From: Planctomycetota bacterium
GTDB lineage: Bacteria > Planctomycetota > UBA8108 > UBA1146
Assembly (NCBI GenBank): GCA_050256555.1
Contig: JBBWWC010000142.1
Location: 1-48,506 of the forward strand
DNA length: 48,506 nucleotides
Reading direction: 5' to 3'
The notes beneath the pieces are model-generated. The model made no database searches. It was not told the origin of the DNA and saw only the letters and a program-made list of their open reading frames with translations. The number at the start of each line of letters is the position of its first letter. Position 1 is the first letter of the stretch. Positions 19,106 through 27,104 of this stretch are shown here, in pieces. Made by a program: the position numbers and the translations under genes.

Positions 19106-20518
19106 ATGGGCACAACTCTGTATCTCGGACTGGATGTAGGCACGCAGGGGGTCAAGGGAGTCGTCATCGACCCCGAGGCTCGTCCTTGTGTCATTGCCCG
19201 AGCTGGTCGATCGCTAGATCTACTGCCTGGCTTGCCTGCAGGGGCTGCCGAACAGCACCCGGATGACTGGTGGCAAGCAGTCATCGAGGTGGTCCATCAA
19301 TTGACCGAAAACGACAAAGTCGATGCGATGTCGATCGCAGGCATCGGAATCAGCGGCCAGCAGCATGGCTCGGTGTTCGTTGATGAGAATGACAGGGTCG
19401 TTCGCGCCGCCAAGTTGTGGTGCGACACCAGCACCGCCGATGAAGCCAGAGAGTTGACCGACAAGATCGGTCGCGCCGTACCGGTCGGCTTCACTGCCAG
19501 CAAGGTGACGTGGCTGGCACGAAACGAACCGGACCACTGGCAACGCACCAACGGTGTGCTACTACCCCACGATTTCATCAACCTGCGACTAACCGGTCAA
19601 CGCACCATGGAAGCCGGCGATGCATCCGGCACCGGCTGGTTCGACGTGCGCAAACGTTGTTTTGATGAAGAAGCGGTATCAGCAGTCGATCCAGAGTTAG
19701 CAGGAAAACTGCCGCGACTCCTCGAGACCGGCGAGGCCGCCGGCACGGTGTGCCCTGCGGCAGCTCAACAACTCGGCATCCCTGAAGGGGTACTGGTCGC
19801 CCCCGGCGGCGGCGACAACATGATGAGCGCCATCGGCTCCGGTGCGACACGCGCCGGTACCGTCGTCATGAGTCTCGGCACTTCGGGCACTGTTTTCACC
19901 CGTTGTGACGAACCGGTCATCGATCCAGAAGGCCTCATCGCGCCGTTTTGCTCCAGCGATGGCGCGTGGCTACCGCTTCTGTGCGTGATGAACTGCACCA
20001 ACGTCACCGAAGAGGTCAAAAACGGCTACTTCCCCAACGATCCGGATGCCCTCGAACGACTGACCGACCTGGCCGCCGCAGTCGAACCGGGTTGTGGTGG
20101 CGTTTCCTTCGTGCCGTTTCTCCACGGCGAGCGAGTGCCGAACTTGCCCGATGCCACCGGCACCATCGCCGGCCTGCGCCCCGGCAGTTTTGCCCCCGGT
20201 GTCATCTTCCGCGCCGCCCTCGAGGGGATCACTGCCAATCTCGCCCTCGGTGTCGAGCGCTTGAAGGGACTGGGAGTCACCGTCGATGGCCTGAGGCTGG
20301 TCGGCGGCGGTTCAAAGAACCCGCTGTGGCGTCAGATGATCGCCGATGCTCTGCAAGTTCCTGTGACACTCCCGGAAGAACCTGAATCGGGAGCGCTCGG
20401 CGGTGCACTGCAGGCGTTATGGACTCACCAAAGAGGCGAAGCCCCCGACCTCACTTGCGACGACATCGCCTGCGACCGTGTGCCGATGCAGGAGATTGTG
20501 GTGCAACCAACCCCGTGA
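19106..20518 (+). CDS. xylB: Xylulokinase (FGGY carbohydrate kinase)
   Basis: LYLGLDVGTQGVKGVVID N-terminus, GISGQQHG, LVGGGSKNPLWRQMIADA. AGGAGG SD before ATG 19106. Confidence 0.85.
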   Translation: MGTTLYLGLDVGTQGVKGVVIDPEARPCVIARAGRSLDLLPGLPAGAAEQHPDDWWQAVIEVVHQLTENDKVDAMSIAGIGISGQQHGSVFVDENDRVVRAAKLWCDTSTADEARELTDKIGRAVPVGFTASKVTWLARNEPDHWQRTNGVLLPHDFINLRLTGQRTMEAGDASGTGWFDVRKRCFDEEAVSAVDPELAGKLPRLLETGEAAGTVCPAAAQQLGIPEGVLVAPGGGDNMMSAIGSGATRAGTVVMSLGTSGTVFTRCDEPVIDPEGLIAPFCSSDGAWLPLLCVMNCTNVTEEVKNGYFPNDPDALERLTDLAAAVEPGCGGVSFVPFLHGERVPNLPDATGTIAGLRPGSFAPGVIFRAALEGITANLALGVERLKGLGVTVDGLRLVGGGSKNPLWRQMIADALQVPVTLPEEPESGALGGALQALWTHQRGEAPDLTCDDIACDRVPMQEIVVQPTP

Positions 20519-20538
20519 CACGGGGGCATGCCATCTTC

Positions 20539-21999
20539 CTACCTGGGATCCAGCTTCTGTAGCTCGATCTTGCGAAACTCGGTCGGATGGCTTTCCGCTT
20601 GAAGAGAAATGTATCCCTCACTGAGCATCTTGTCGGCACCGGCTGCCATCAACTTCTGGGCAATCCCATCGCGCTCATCGAGCTGCGGCTCGGTGTATTC
20701 GAGTACCGTCTTGCCGTCGATGATGTGCTTCACCACTTCATTGCCGCGCACCTCGATCTCGACGGTCACCCACTGATCGCCGTGGTAGGTCTCGGATTGG
20801 GAATCGAGACAATGACGCGTGAGCAGTTTTCCGTCCATCACGACATTGGTACTGGGGGTGCACAGATTGGCAGTGCTGCGTTTACTGTCGCCGCCGGGCC
20901 CACCCAGTAACTGAACCTCGATGGAAGCGGGGAAATCCTGCCCCTTCTCGATGCTTTCGGGTGACTGGCAGTGCAGCATCAGGCCGTTGTTACGAAACGC
21001 CCAGCCGGGACCGCCGGGGACTTGCTTGCCGACGAAACGGTACTCGGCTCGCAATCGATAGTGAGAAAAAGAATCCTTGTAGAAGATATGGCCGAACTTG
21101 GCGTCGAAGTTGTCGTATTTGCTGTAGTCGACCTTCAGCACGCCATCTTCAACGCGAAAAGTATCCTTGTAGTTATCACCCAGATCGTGGCCAGCAAACT
21201 TGATCTTCCAGTCCTTCAGATCCTTGCCGTTAAAAAGGGAGATCCATTCGCCCTGTGGCGGCGAATCATCCTTCTTGGGCGGCGAAACAACCGCCCGAGA
21301 TGGAGAATCATCGCGACTGAAGAACATCAGATGCTGCCACGGCAGCTCGTCGAACTGCTCAACAAGTCGGTAACCCGCCGGAAGGTATTCCTTCAGAATC
21401 TGCTGCTTGCTCATCTTGTGCAGCTTCTTGATCGGCACCTCGGGATCTTCGCTACGAAACTCGACCAGGGCGATGCGGCCATCCGGTTTCAGCGCCTTAC
21501 GCATCTTCGCCAGCATCGTCTCGGGATCGCTGAACTCGTGGTAGACATCGACCAGCAGGATCAGATCGCAGGAGCCATCGGGGATCTTCGGATCGGCGAC
21601 ATCTCCGAGGATCGTTTCGATGTTCTCGATACCGGCATCTGTGCTGCGCTTCTCGAGCATGTCGAGCATTGGTTGCTGGATATCGACGGCCAGGATCTTG
21701 CCGGAGGCACCGACTCGTTTGGCCAGCCGCAGGGCGTGATAGCCGTTACCGCAGCCAAGATCACAAACCGTCTGACCCGGTTGAACGCCAAGCGCCTCCA
21801 TCAAGACCGAGACGCGCTCCTCCTTCTCACGGGTCTCTCGGAGCAGCCACTCCGCCCCTTTCCAGTGCATCGTCTGGGCGATGGTGCGGCCCTTGAACTG
21901 CGGCTTGTCATCCTCTTGCGCGACACCCGGGGAGGTCAGCGGGCCGAGTGACCACAACAGCACGAACACGATCCACATCGAGACTCTGCTTCTGTTCAT
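20539..21999 (-). CDS. Signal-peptide-bearing fusion: class I SAM-dependent methyltransferase domain plus DUF1080 (3-keto-disaccharide hydrolase-like) domain
   Basis: MT motif I VCDLGCGNGYHALRLA, then AVDIQ. DUF1080 motifs WISLFNGKDLKDWK ... GYISLQAESHPTEFRKIELQKL. ATG 21999 has GAGGAG 8 nt upstream and gives MNRSRVSMWIVFVLLWSLGPLTSPGVAQ. The track GTG 22008 abuts the SD. Confidence 0.8.
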   Translation of the reverse strand: MNRSRVSMWIVFVLLWSLGPLTSPGVAQEDDKPQFKGRTIAQTMHWKGAEWLLRETREKEERVSVLMEALGVQPGQTVCDLGCGNGYHALRLAKRVGASGKILAVDIQQPMLDMLEKRSTDAGIENIETILGDVADPKIPDGSCDLILLVDVYHEFSDPETMLAKMRKALKPDGRIALVEFRSEDPEVPIKKLHKMSKQQILKEYLPAGYRLVEQFDELPWQHLMFFSRDDSPSRAVVSPPKKDDSPPQGEWISLFNGKDLKDWKIKFAGHDLGDNYKDTFRVEDGVLKVDYSKYDNFDAKFGHIFYKDSFSHYRLRAEYRFVGKQVPGGPGWAFRNNGLMLHCQSPESIEKGQDFPASIEVQLLGGPGGDSKRSTANLCTPSTNVVMDGKLLTRHCLDSQSETYHGDQWVTVEIEVRGNEVVKHIIDGKTVLEYTEPQLDERDGIAQKLMAAGADKMLSEGYISLQAESHPTEFRKIELQKLDPR

Positions 22000-22274
22000 C
22001 GGGGACACTCCTCATCGGTCGGTAAAGGGCCAGGGGATTCGTCTTGCAAACGGTAGGGTACCGGAGAGAGGGAGGGAGGTCACGCGGCCGGATCTGACGG
22101 TATATGCCGAGCGTCGAGTGTCGGTGGACTGGCTGTGGGGAAGCATCGTCAGCCGCAAAGGAGGCAGGCAGAGATACTGGATTTACAACCTCGTGGGTCT
22201 CGACATCGACGGCACCCCGGTGCCGAGACGCTGACACTGCCGCCGATGGAGGGACGAAACGACTCGAACAGCGT

Positions 22275-22303
22275 GGGGGGAGGGTTGGAGGCCTACCCCC
22301 CCC
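22275..22303 (-). terminator. Candidate G6/C8 hairpin about 100 nt downstream of the small ORF (weak U-tract)
   Basis: The + strand reads GGGGGG-AGGGTTGGAGGCCTA-CCCCCCCC. A 6-8 bp all-G:C stem is possible on either strand. The loop contains the AGGCCT palindrome. No clean T-run follows on the minus strand. Confidence 0.2.
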
Positions 22304-22398
22304 GCGACGCAACGACTAACCATAGTTTCATTTCAAATGATCAACCTGTGCGTCAAAGGATAGGGGTTCATCACTCTTTTGTATCACTCATATGATCC

Positions 22399-22581
22399 TC
22401 AGTCAGCCTTCGTATCGCGCTCACGCCTATGGTTGGTGCCGCCCGTGAGCCCCGCCTCAGCTACACCCGTGACTTGCCGAGAAACCCCCACTGTACCCCC
22501 AGCAACATCCTTCAACTGCTCATCGTCAATCTTCTTGGCGTCCTTGCGATCCTTCTTGTCCTTCTTCTTCTCATCTGTCAT
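22399..22581 (-). CDS. 60-aa small ORF with a double-glycine-type leader (candidate secreted peptide or bacteriocin-like precursor)
   Basis: ATG 22581 has AAGGA 6 nt upstream. Translation: MTDEKKKDKKDRKDAKKIDDEQLKDVAGG / TVGVSRQVTGVAEAGLTGGTNHRRERDTKAD. Mostly G/C third positions, like neighbouring genes. The track ORF (start 22644) adds 21 unlikely residues. Confidence 0.4.
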   Translation of the reverse strand: MTDEKKKDKKDRKDAKKIDDEQLKDVAGGTVGVSRQVTGVAEAGLTGGTNHRRERDTKAD

Positions 22582-22609
22582 GGCGCATCCTTTCGGCGGG
22601 GCGGTTTTG

Positions 22610-22652
22610 TGATGGGCGAGATACCCATCTCGCATCATGTACATTATATATA
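22610..22652 (-). promoter_or_regulatory. AT-rich -10-like element plus 5' leader hairpin upstream of the small ORF
   Basis: The minus strand reads CTATATATAATGT (TATAAT is the complement of 22643-22648). It is followed by a perfect 7-bp stem GCGAGAT-ACCC-ATCTCGC (22616-22633), extendable by 4 bp after a 2-nt bulge (22610-22637). Confidence 0.3.
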
Positions 22653-22838
22653 GAAATCATGGGTCATACTAGGGGATCGATGGCCGCGGGAGGCACCAAG
22701 TACTGACGGCCCCCAGTTGTTTGTGTAGAATCCAAATCGATCTGGCAACACACTCACTGCCGGAAAAGGGCCCTACGAAAACCTTACGCTGCAACAACGT
22801 TGCTGCTTGCGGGACACTTCCCGGCAGAAGGAGACGAT

Positions 22839-23219
22839 TTGGGATTTTGCACCGTCATCAACTGCATCGATGGACGCACACAATTGCCGGTCATCCGATA
22901 TCTCCAGCAGCGATTCGATGTCGACCATGTCGATTCGATAACAGAGCCGGGTCCGAATCTGATTCTCTGTGAGCAAAAAAAATCACCGACGATTCAGTCG
23001 ATTCTCGAAAGGGCTCGAATATCCATCGAGCACCACTCATCGGTTGGCGTTGCTGTCGCCGGTCATCACGGATGTGCCGGAAACCCCGCCTCCCGTGAAG
23101 AGCAAATGGTGCACATTCAGAAATCGATCGAGTTTCTCACCAGGGAACTGGAGGGGATGGAAATCGTCGGCCTGTGGGTCGACGAAGAGTGGCAAGTTCA
23201 TGAGGTCCCAGCGCTTTGA
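22839..23219 (+). CDS. Small (126 aa) hypothetical protein with a beta-carbonic-anhydrase-like CxDxR...HxxC motif pair
   Basis: TTG 22839 has AAGGAGA 4 nt upstream. Motifs VINCIDGRTQLPV and VAVAGHHGCAGNP. The family assignment is tentative. Confidence 0.55.
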   Translation: MGFCTVINCIDGRTQLPVIRYLQQRFDVDHVDSITEPGPNLILCEQKKSPTIQSILERARISIEHHSSVGVAVAGHHGCAGNPASREEQMVHIQKSIEFLTRELEGMEIVGLWVDEEWQVHEVPAL

Positions 23220-23271
23220 CACAGCACTTTGACCCAGCGCTTTAACCCAGCGTCATGAGCCAGCGTCATGA
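23207..23271. repeat. Five tandem copies of a 13-bp unit
   Basis: cccagcgctttga / cacagcactttga / cccagcgctttaa / cccagcgtcatga / gccagcgtcatga. Copy 1 contains the stop codon of the 22839-23219 CDS. The array fills most of the convergent intergenic gap. Confidence 0.9.
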
Positions 23272-23298
23272 CAACCAAGCAAGTACGACATGATCGAG

Positions 23299-23604
23299 TT
23301 AGCCTGTCGGTACAAGTCTACGACTTTTGACCAACAATACCGTTCCCCCGATTCCAGAGAGTAGCGCAAAGAACGCAGCATACTTTGTGGCCACTGGTAT
23401 TCCGGGTTCCAGCTGTCCATGCCCACCAATGACCATTCCAGCCAGCGGTGATTGTTGTATTAGCTGCTGCTGAGTTCCCTGCATTTCATTCATGGCGCGG
23501 ACATTCGCAGCATTAGATTCATAACGCTCCAGCCCAACGAATACACTAATAGCACAAACAACCAAGCAAACGATCCCGATTGTCTTCAGCTGATTCTTCT
23601 CCAT
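23299..23604 (-). CDS. Small two-TM membrane protein, hypothetical
   Basis: Hydrophobic segments IGIVCLVVCAISVFVGL and AAFFALLSGIGGTVLLV. Lies 42 nt downstream of the lipoprotein gene on the same strand. Confidence 0.55.
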   Translation of the reverse strand: MEKNQLKTIGIVCLVVCAISVFVGLERYESNAANVRAMNEMQGTQQQLIQQSPLAGMVIGGHGQLEPGIPVATKYAAFFALLSGIGGTVLLVKSRRLVPTG

Positions 23605-23646
23605 TTTTAAAAAATCTCCCTGGTGAATGAAAATGTTTATAAAAAT

Positions 23647-24090
23647 CTAAGGACAACGTACCAGTGTGATCTCGGTACCAGCGCTATTTAACAACATGTG
23701 ATCGTCGTCGATCATGCGCACTCTGGCCTCTTTCTTCAGCGACCCCATCTCGGTCGAGATACCGAGTCCGTCACCGAAAATGGAAGTGACTTCGATCTGT
23801 CCAGAAATCTCACGACCATGAATCTGCACAACATAGGCACCGGTCGAATCGATGGTGACTTGCAAGTCAGAGGTGATCCGTTCCTGAATCCTGTGGGCCA
23901 TGTTTTTCATCCAGGCCAACGGCTCGGGTTTGGTCCCGCAAGTCAGCTGCGTTGGTGCTTCAACAGTGGCAGGAGCCGTCTTCCACGAACCGATCGCACG
24001 TACATAAGTATTCCCCGCTGAGCAGCCGGCAGAGATCACAGGAACCGAGGCTAGAAAGAAAAAGAGCAGAAGAAGTTTGATCTTGGTCAT
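23647..24090 (-). CDS. Lipoprotein, hypothetical
   Basis: ATG 24090 has AAGGAGA upstream. MTKIKLLLLFFFLASVPVISAGCSAG carries a lipobox (ISAGC). Confidence 0.6.
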   Translation of the reverse strand: MTKIKLLLLFFFLASVPVISAGCSAGNTYVRAIGSWKTAPATVEAPTQLTCGTKPEPLAWMKNMAHRIQERITSDLQVTIDSTGAYVVQIHGREISGQIEVTSIFGDGLGISTEMGSLKKEARVRMIDDDHMLLNSAGTEITLVRCP

Positions 24091-24278
24091 GGGGTCTCCT
24101 TTCTCTAGTGGGCTCAATAAGCCCTCACTCCTACTCCTCTATCCTGTTTCGACACCGGGTCGGACCAGACGCTCCCGTTCCAGGGCGAAATGGCAAAAAA
24201 CGGCTCCTCCAGGGCACTTCTGGGGCGTATCTTGCTCTCCTGAGACCAATTCCAGCTTTTCATGCAGGAGGCCATCGC

Positions 24279-25670
24279 TTGAATTTGACCGAAAATCGGC
24301 GGCTGCGTACCGCAATGCTGTGCCTGCTCTACTTCGCCCAGGGATTCCCCTGGGGATTTGTGATCTATGCGCTGATCGCAGTCTTCATCGAGGGCGGTTT
24401 CACCAGGGCAGAGACGGTGCTGATCTCCTCGGTTGCGATCTTGCCATGGAGTTTCAAGTTTCTGTGGGCACCTCTGATCGACTCGATCCGCTGGCCTTCG
24501 ATGGGATTACGCCGACCGTGGATCGCCATCGCCCAGCTCGGTATGGCGGTGACGTTACTGGCCACCGACCAGATCGGATCCATCGGCGCCATCACCACCG
24601 AAGCCACCGTCAAGGTGTCCCCGTGGATGTCATGGTTCTTCTCCTGGATCCCCAATTCAGATGTGGCAGACGGAGCCACCTCCGTCAGCGCCATCGTCTT
24701 CGTCAGTGGTGTTTTCTTCCTCCACAACTGCTTCGCCTCACTGCAAGACGTCGCTACCGATGCACTGGCAGTCGACATCCTGGAAGAGCAAGAGCGCGGA
24801 CGCGTCAACGGGTTCATGTGGGCATCCAAACTCTCTGGTACCGCAGTCGGCACTTACGGTGGCGCCGTGATGATCGAAAACTACGGCATGAACACCACCA
24901 TCCAGGTCCAGGCGGCGATGGTTCTGGTGATTCTGGCGGCAGTACTGATGGTGACCGAGAGACCAGGAGAGAAACGATTCCCCTGGTCGAGGGGAAAAAC
25001 CGTTTCGAAACAAACCGCGGCACTTCGTTCTCCGATGATCGTGATACAGGAACTTTTCCGGGCACTGGCGCTGTGGACCACTGCCATCGGAGTGCTGGTG
25101 GCGATCCTTTACTCGGTATGCCAGGGAGTTTTCATCAATCTCGCCGCCGACACCTTCGTCGAGGTGTTCGGCTGGAGCGCCATCGAGTACGCCAAGGCAC
25201 AGGGCAGTTACGGAGTTTGTGGCGAGGTGATCGGGGCACTCGCCGGGGGCTTCTTCTGCGACCGTTTCGGCCGCCGCAAGATGGCTTTCAGCGGTGGGCT
25301 GGTCGTATCCGGTAGCCTGATCATCTTTGGTCTGCTGCATCCTTACTGGCTGAGCGATTCTTTTTCACCACTATGGATCATTCCCCTGTTCAAAGGGGCC
25401 ATCGCATTCCAGACGGTCTCTCTCTTCTCGCTCTTCATGAAAATCTCCTGGACCACGGCAGCCGCAACTCAGTTCACCCTCTACATGTCGGTCAGTAACT
25501 TCGGCATGTACCTGGGAACTCAACTGAACCGATTGGAGTGGCAACAGTGGCAACTGTTCGTGCTGGGTGGCGCCAGTGCGCTGCTCCCCATCGCCTTGCT
25601 CCTGATGATGAAACCGGATCTTGTGGTCAAGAGACGACTCGAAGATGAAAAGAGTGGAGAAGTAGGATGA
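24279..25670 (+). CDS. ampG: AmpG/PAT-family MFS permease (muropeptide-permease-like)
   Basis: LLYFAQGFPWGF and FKFLWAPLIDS (compare E. coli AmpG FKFLWSPLMD). Multi-pass hydrophobic profile. TTG 24279 has a perfect AGGAGG 7 nt upstream. The track start 24108 overlaps the divergent lipoprotein gene. Confidence 0.7.
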   Translation: MNLTENRRLRTAMLCLLYFAQGFPWGFVIYALIAVFIEGGFTRAETVLISSVAILPWSFKFLWAPLIDSIRWPSMGLRRPWIAIAQLGMAVTLLATDQIGSIGAITTEATVKVSPWMSWFFSWIPNSDVADGATSVSAIVFVSGVFFLHNCFASLQDVATDALAVDILEEQERGRVNGFMWASKLSGTAVGTYGGAVMIENYGMNTTIQVQAAMVLVILAAVLMVTERPGEKRFPWSRGKTVSKQTAALRSPMIVIQELFRALALWTTAIGVLVAILYSVCQGVFINLAADTFVEVFGWSAIEYAKAQGSYGVCGEVIGALAGGFFCDRFGRRKMAFSGGLVVSGSLIIFGLLHPYWLSDSFSPLWIIPLFKGAIAFQTVSLFSLFMKISWTTAAATQFTLYMSVSNFGMYLGTQLNRLEWQQWQLFVLGGASALLPIALLLMMKPDLVVKRRLEDEKSGEVG

Positions 25671-27088
25671 TTCGCCTTACCACAACCCTGAGCTGCCTGC
25701 TGCTGCTACTGGCTTACTGTCCCTCGATCACGGCTCTGGATGAGCCACCCGTCGATGAACTGGCACCCAACATCGCCACCTTGCTAAAGGACTGGGACCA
25801 GAAGGACAGCCCTGGCTGCTCCATTGCGGTGATCAAGGATGGATCACTGATCTACAGCGGCGGTTTCGGTATGGCGAATCTCGATCACTCGATTCCGAAC
25901 GGCGCCGACACCGTGTTTCGCATCGCATCGGTCTCGAAACACATCACTGCCGCTTGCATGTTGCTACTGCAGGACGAGGGACACATCACCCTCGATTCTG
26001 ACATCCGCCAGTGGCTGCCAGAGATCCCCGAATACCAGAAACAAATCACCATCCGTCATCTTCTCCATCACACCAGCGGCCTGCGCGATTACACTTCCAT
26101 GATGCCATTGATGGAAATCGGCGAGGAAGATCTGTTCACACCAGAGCAAACCATCGCACTGATCGCTCGTCAGAAAAACCTCAACTTCACGCCCGGTGAA
26201 AAGAGCTCCTACTGCAACAGCGGCTACTTCCTTCTCAGCGTCATCTGCAAACGGGCATCGGGAAAAACCCTGCGCCAGTTCGCCGATGAAAAGATCTTCT
26301 CGCCGCTGGAAATGACGAGTAGCCACTATCACGACAATCATCTCGAGGTGACGCCGAAACGCGCTACCGGCTACGCCCCGACCGGAAATGGCAAATATCG
26401 AATTAACGAAACCGTTCTCGATCACGTCGGCGATGGTGGTGTCTACACGACGGTCAAGGATCTGGCGATCTGGGTCAACGCCCTGGCCGAAAGACGACTC
26501 GGCGCCAACCTGCTCGAAAGACTCCAGCAACGTTTCACTCTCAACGACGGTGAGATCATCGACTACTGCCTCGGTGTGGTCGATAGCCACTGGCGTGGCC
26601 AGAGAGTGCTGGAACATGGCGGTGCCTGGGTTGGATACCGCTCGAAGATCGTCGCTTTTCCCGATCAAGGAGTCGTGATCATCTGCCTGGCCAACTGCAG
26701 CCGCTTCAATCCCTCTCGTGTCTGCTCCCAGATTGCCGAACTGGTGGTCGATGGAATAGAACCCGAACAACCCCCCAACCGTCAGCGACCCAATCGTCGC
26801 CGCGGTGGTAATGGTGATAAACCTGTCGAGGGCTGGAAGGCAGAAGCGGTAACAGGAAAATACTACTCCGCAGAACTGGATCTGACCTGGCAACTGGTCA
26901 GCGAAGGAACGACCGCCAGCTTGATGGGATTGGGCGACACCAAGATTCCGCTGGCCCCTGTAGAAGGAGACATCCTGATCGCCGACTGGTGGCTGAAACT
27001 ACACCTCAAGCGAAACGATGACAAAGAGGTGATCGGTTTCGACATCGAATCGGGTGGGATGAGCCAGATTCACTTCGAGCGGCAATAA
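25667..27088 (+). CDS. Secreted beta-lactamase-fold serine hydrolase (class C / AmpH-like) with extra C-terminal domain
   Basis: SxxK motif IASVSKHI, YxN motif YCNSGYF, signal peptide LLLLLAYCPSITA. ATGA overlap with the permease gene. Confidence 0.8.
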   Translation: MIRLTTTLSCLLLLLAYCPSITALDEPPVDELAPNIATLLKDWDQKDSPGCSIAVIKDGSLIYSGGFGMANLDHSIPNGADTVFRIASVSKHITAACMLLLQDEGHITLDSDIRQWLPEIPEYQKQITIRHLLHHTSGLRDYTSMMPLMEIGEEDLFTPEQTIALIARQKNLNFTPGEKSSYCNSGYFLLSVICKRASGKTLRQFADEKIFSPLEMTSSHYHDNHLEVTPKRATGYAPTGNGKYRINETVLDHVGDGGVYTTVKDLAIWVNALAERRLGANLLERLQQRFTLNDGEIIDYCLGVVDSHWRGQRVLEHGGAWVGYRSKIVAFPDQGVVIICLANCSRFNPSRVCSQIAELVVDGIEPEQPPNRQRPNRRRGGNGDKPVEGWKAEAVTGKYYSAELDLTWQLVSEGTTASLMGLGDTKIPLAPVEGDILIADWWLKLHLKRNDDKEVIGFDIESGGMSQIHFERQ

Positions 27089-27104
27089 ATCGACAGCGAC
27101 GAAA

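Noticed and set aside
20971-21951. 326-aa + strand ORF
   Set aside because: It is fully antisense to the MT-DUF1080 gene, which has clear domain motifs. It is L/R/D-rich mirror-frame sequence.
23207-23271. CRISPR-like array
   Set aside because: The units are only 13 bp and directly abut with no spacers, and no cas genes are present. It is a simple tandem repeat.
24077-25315. 412-aa + strand ORF, extremely R/G/H/P-rich
   Set aside because: It is an alternative frame of the AmpG-like permease gene. Its composition is implausible for a real protein, whereas the permease frame has clear TM segments and the FKFLWAPLID motif.
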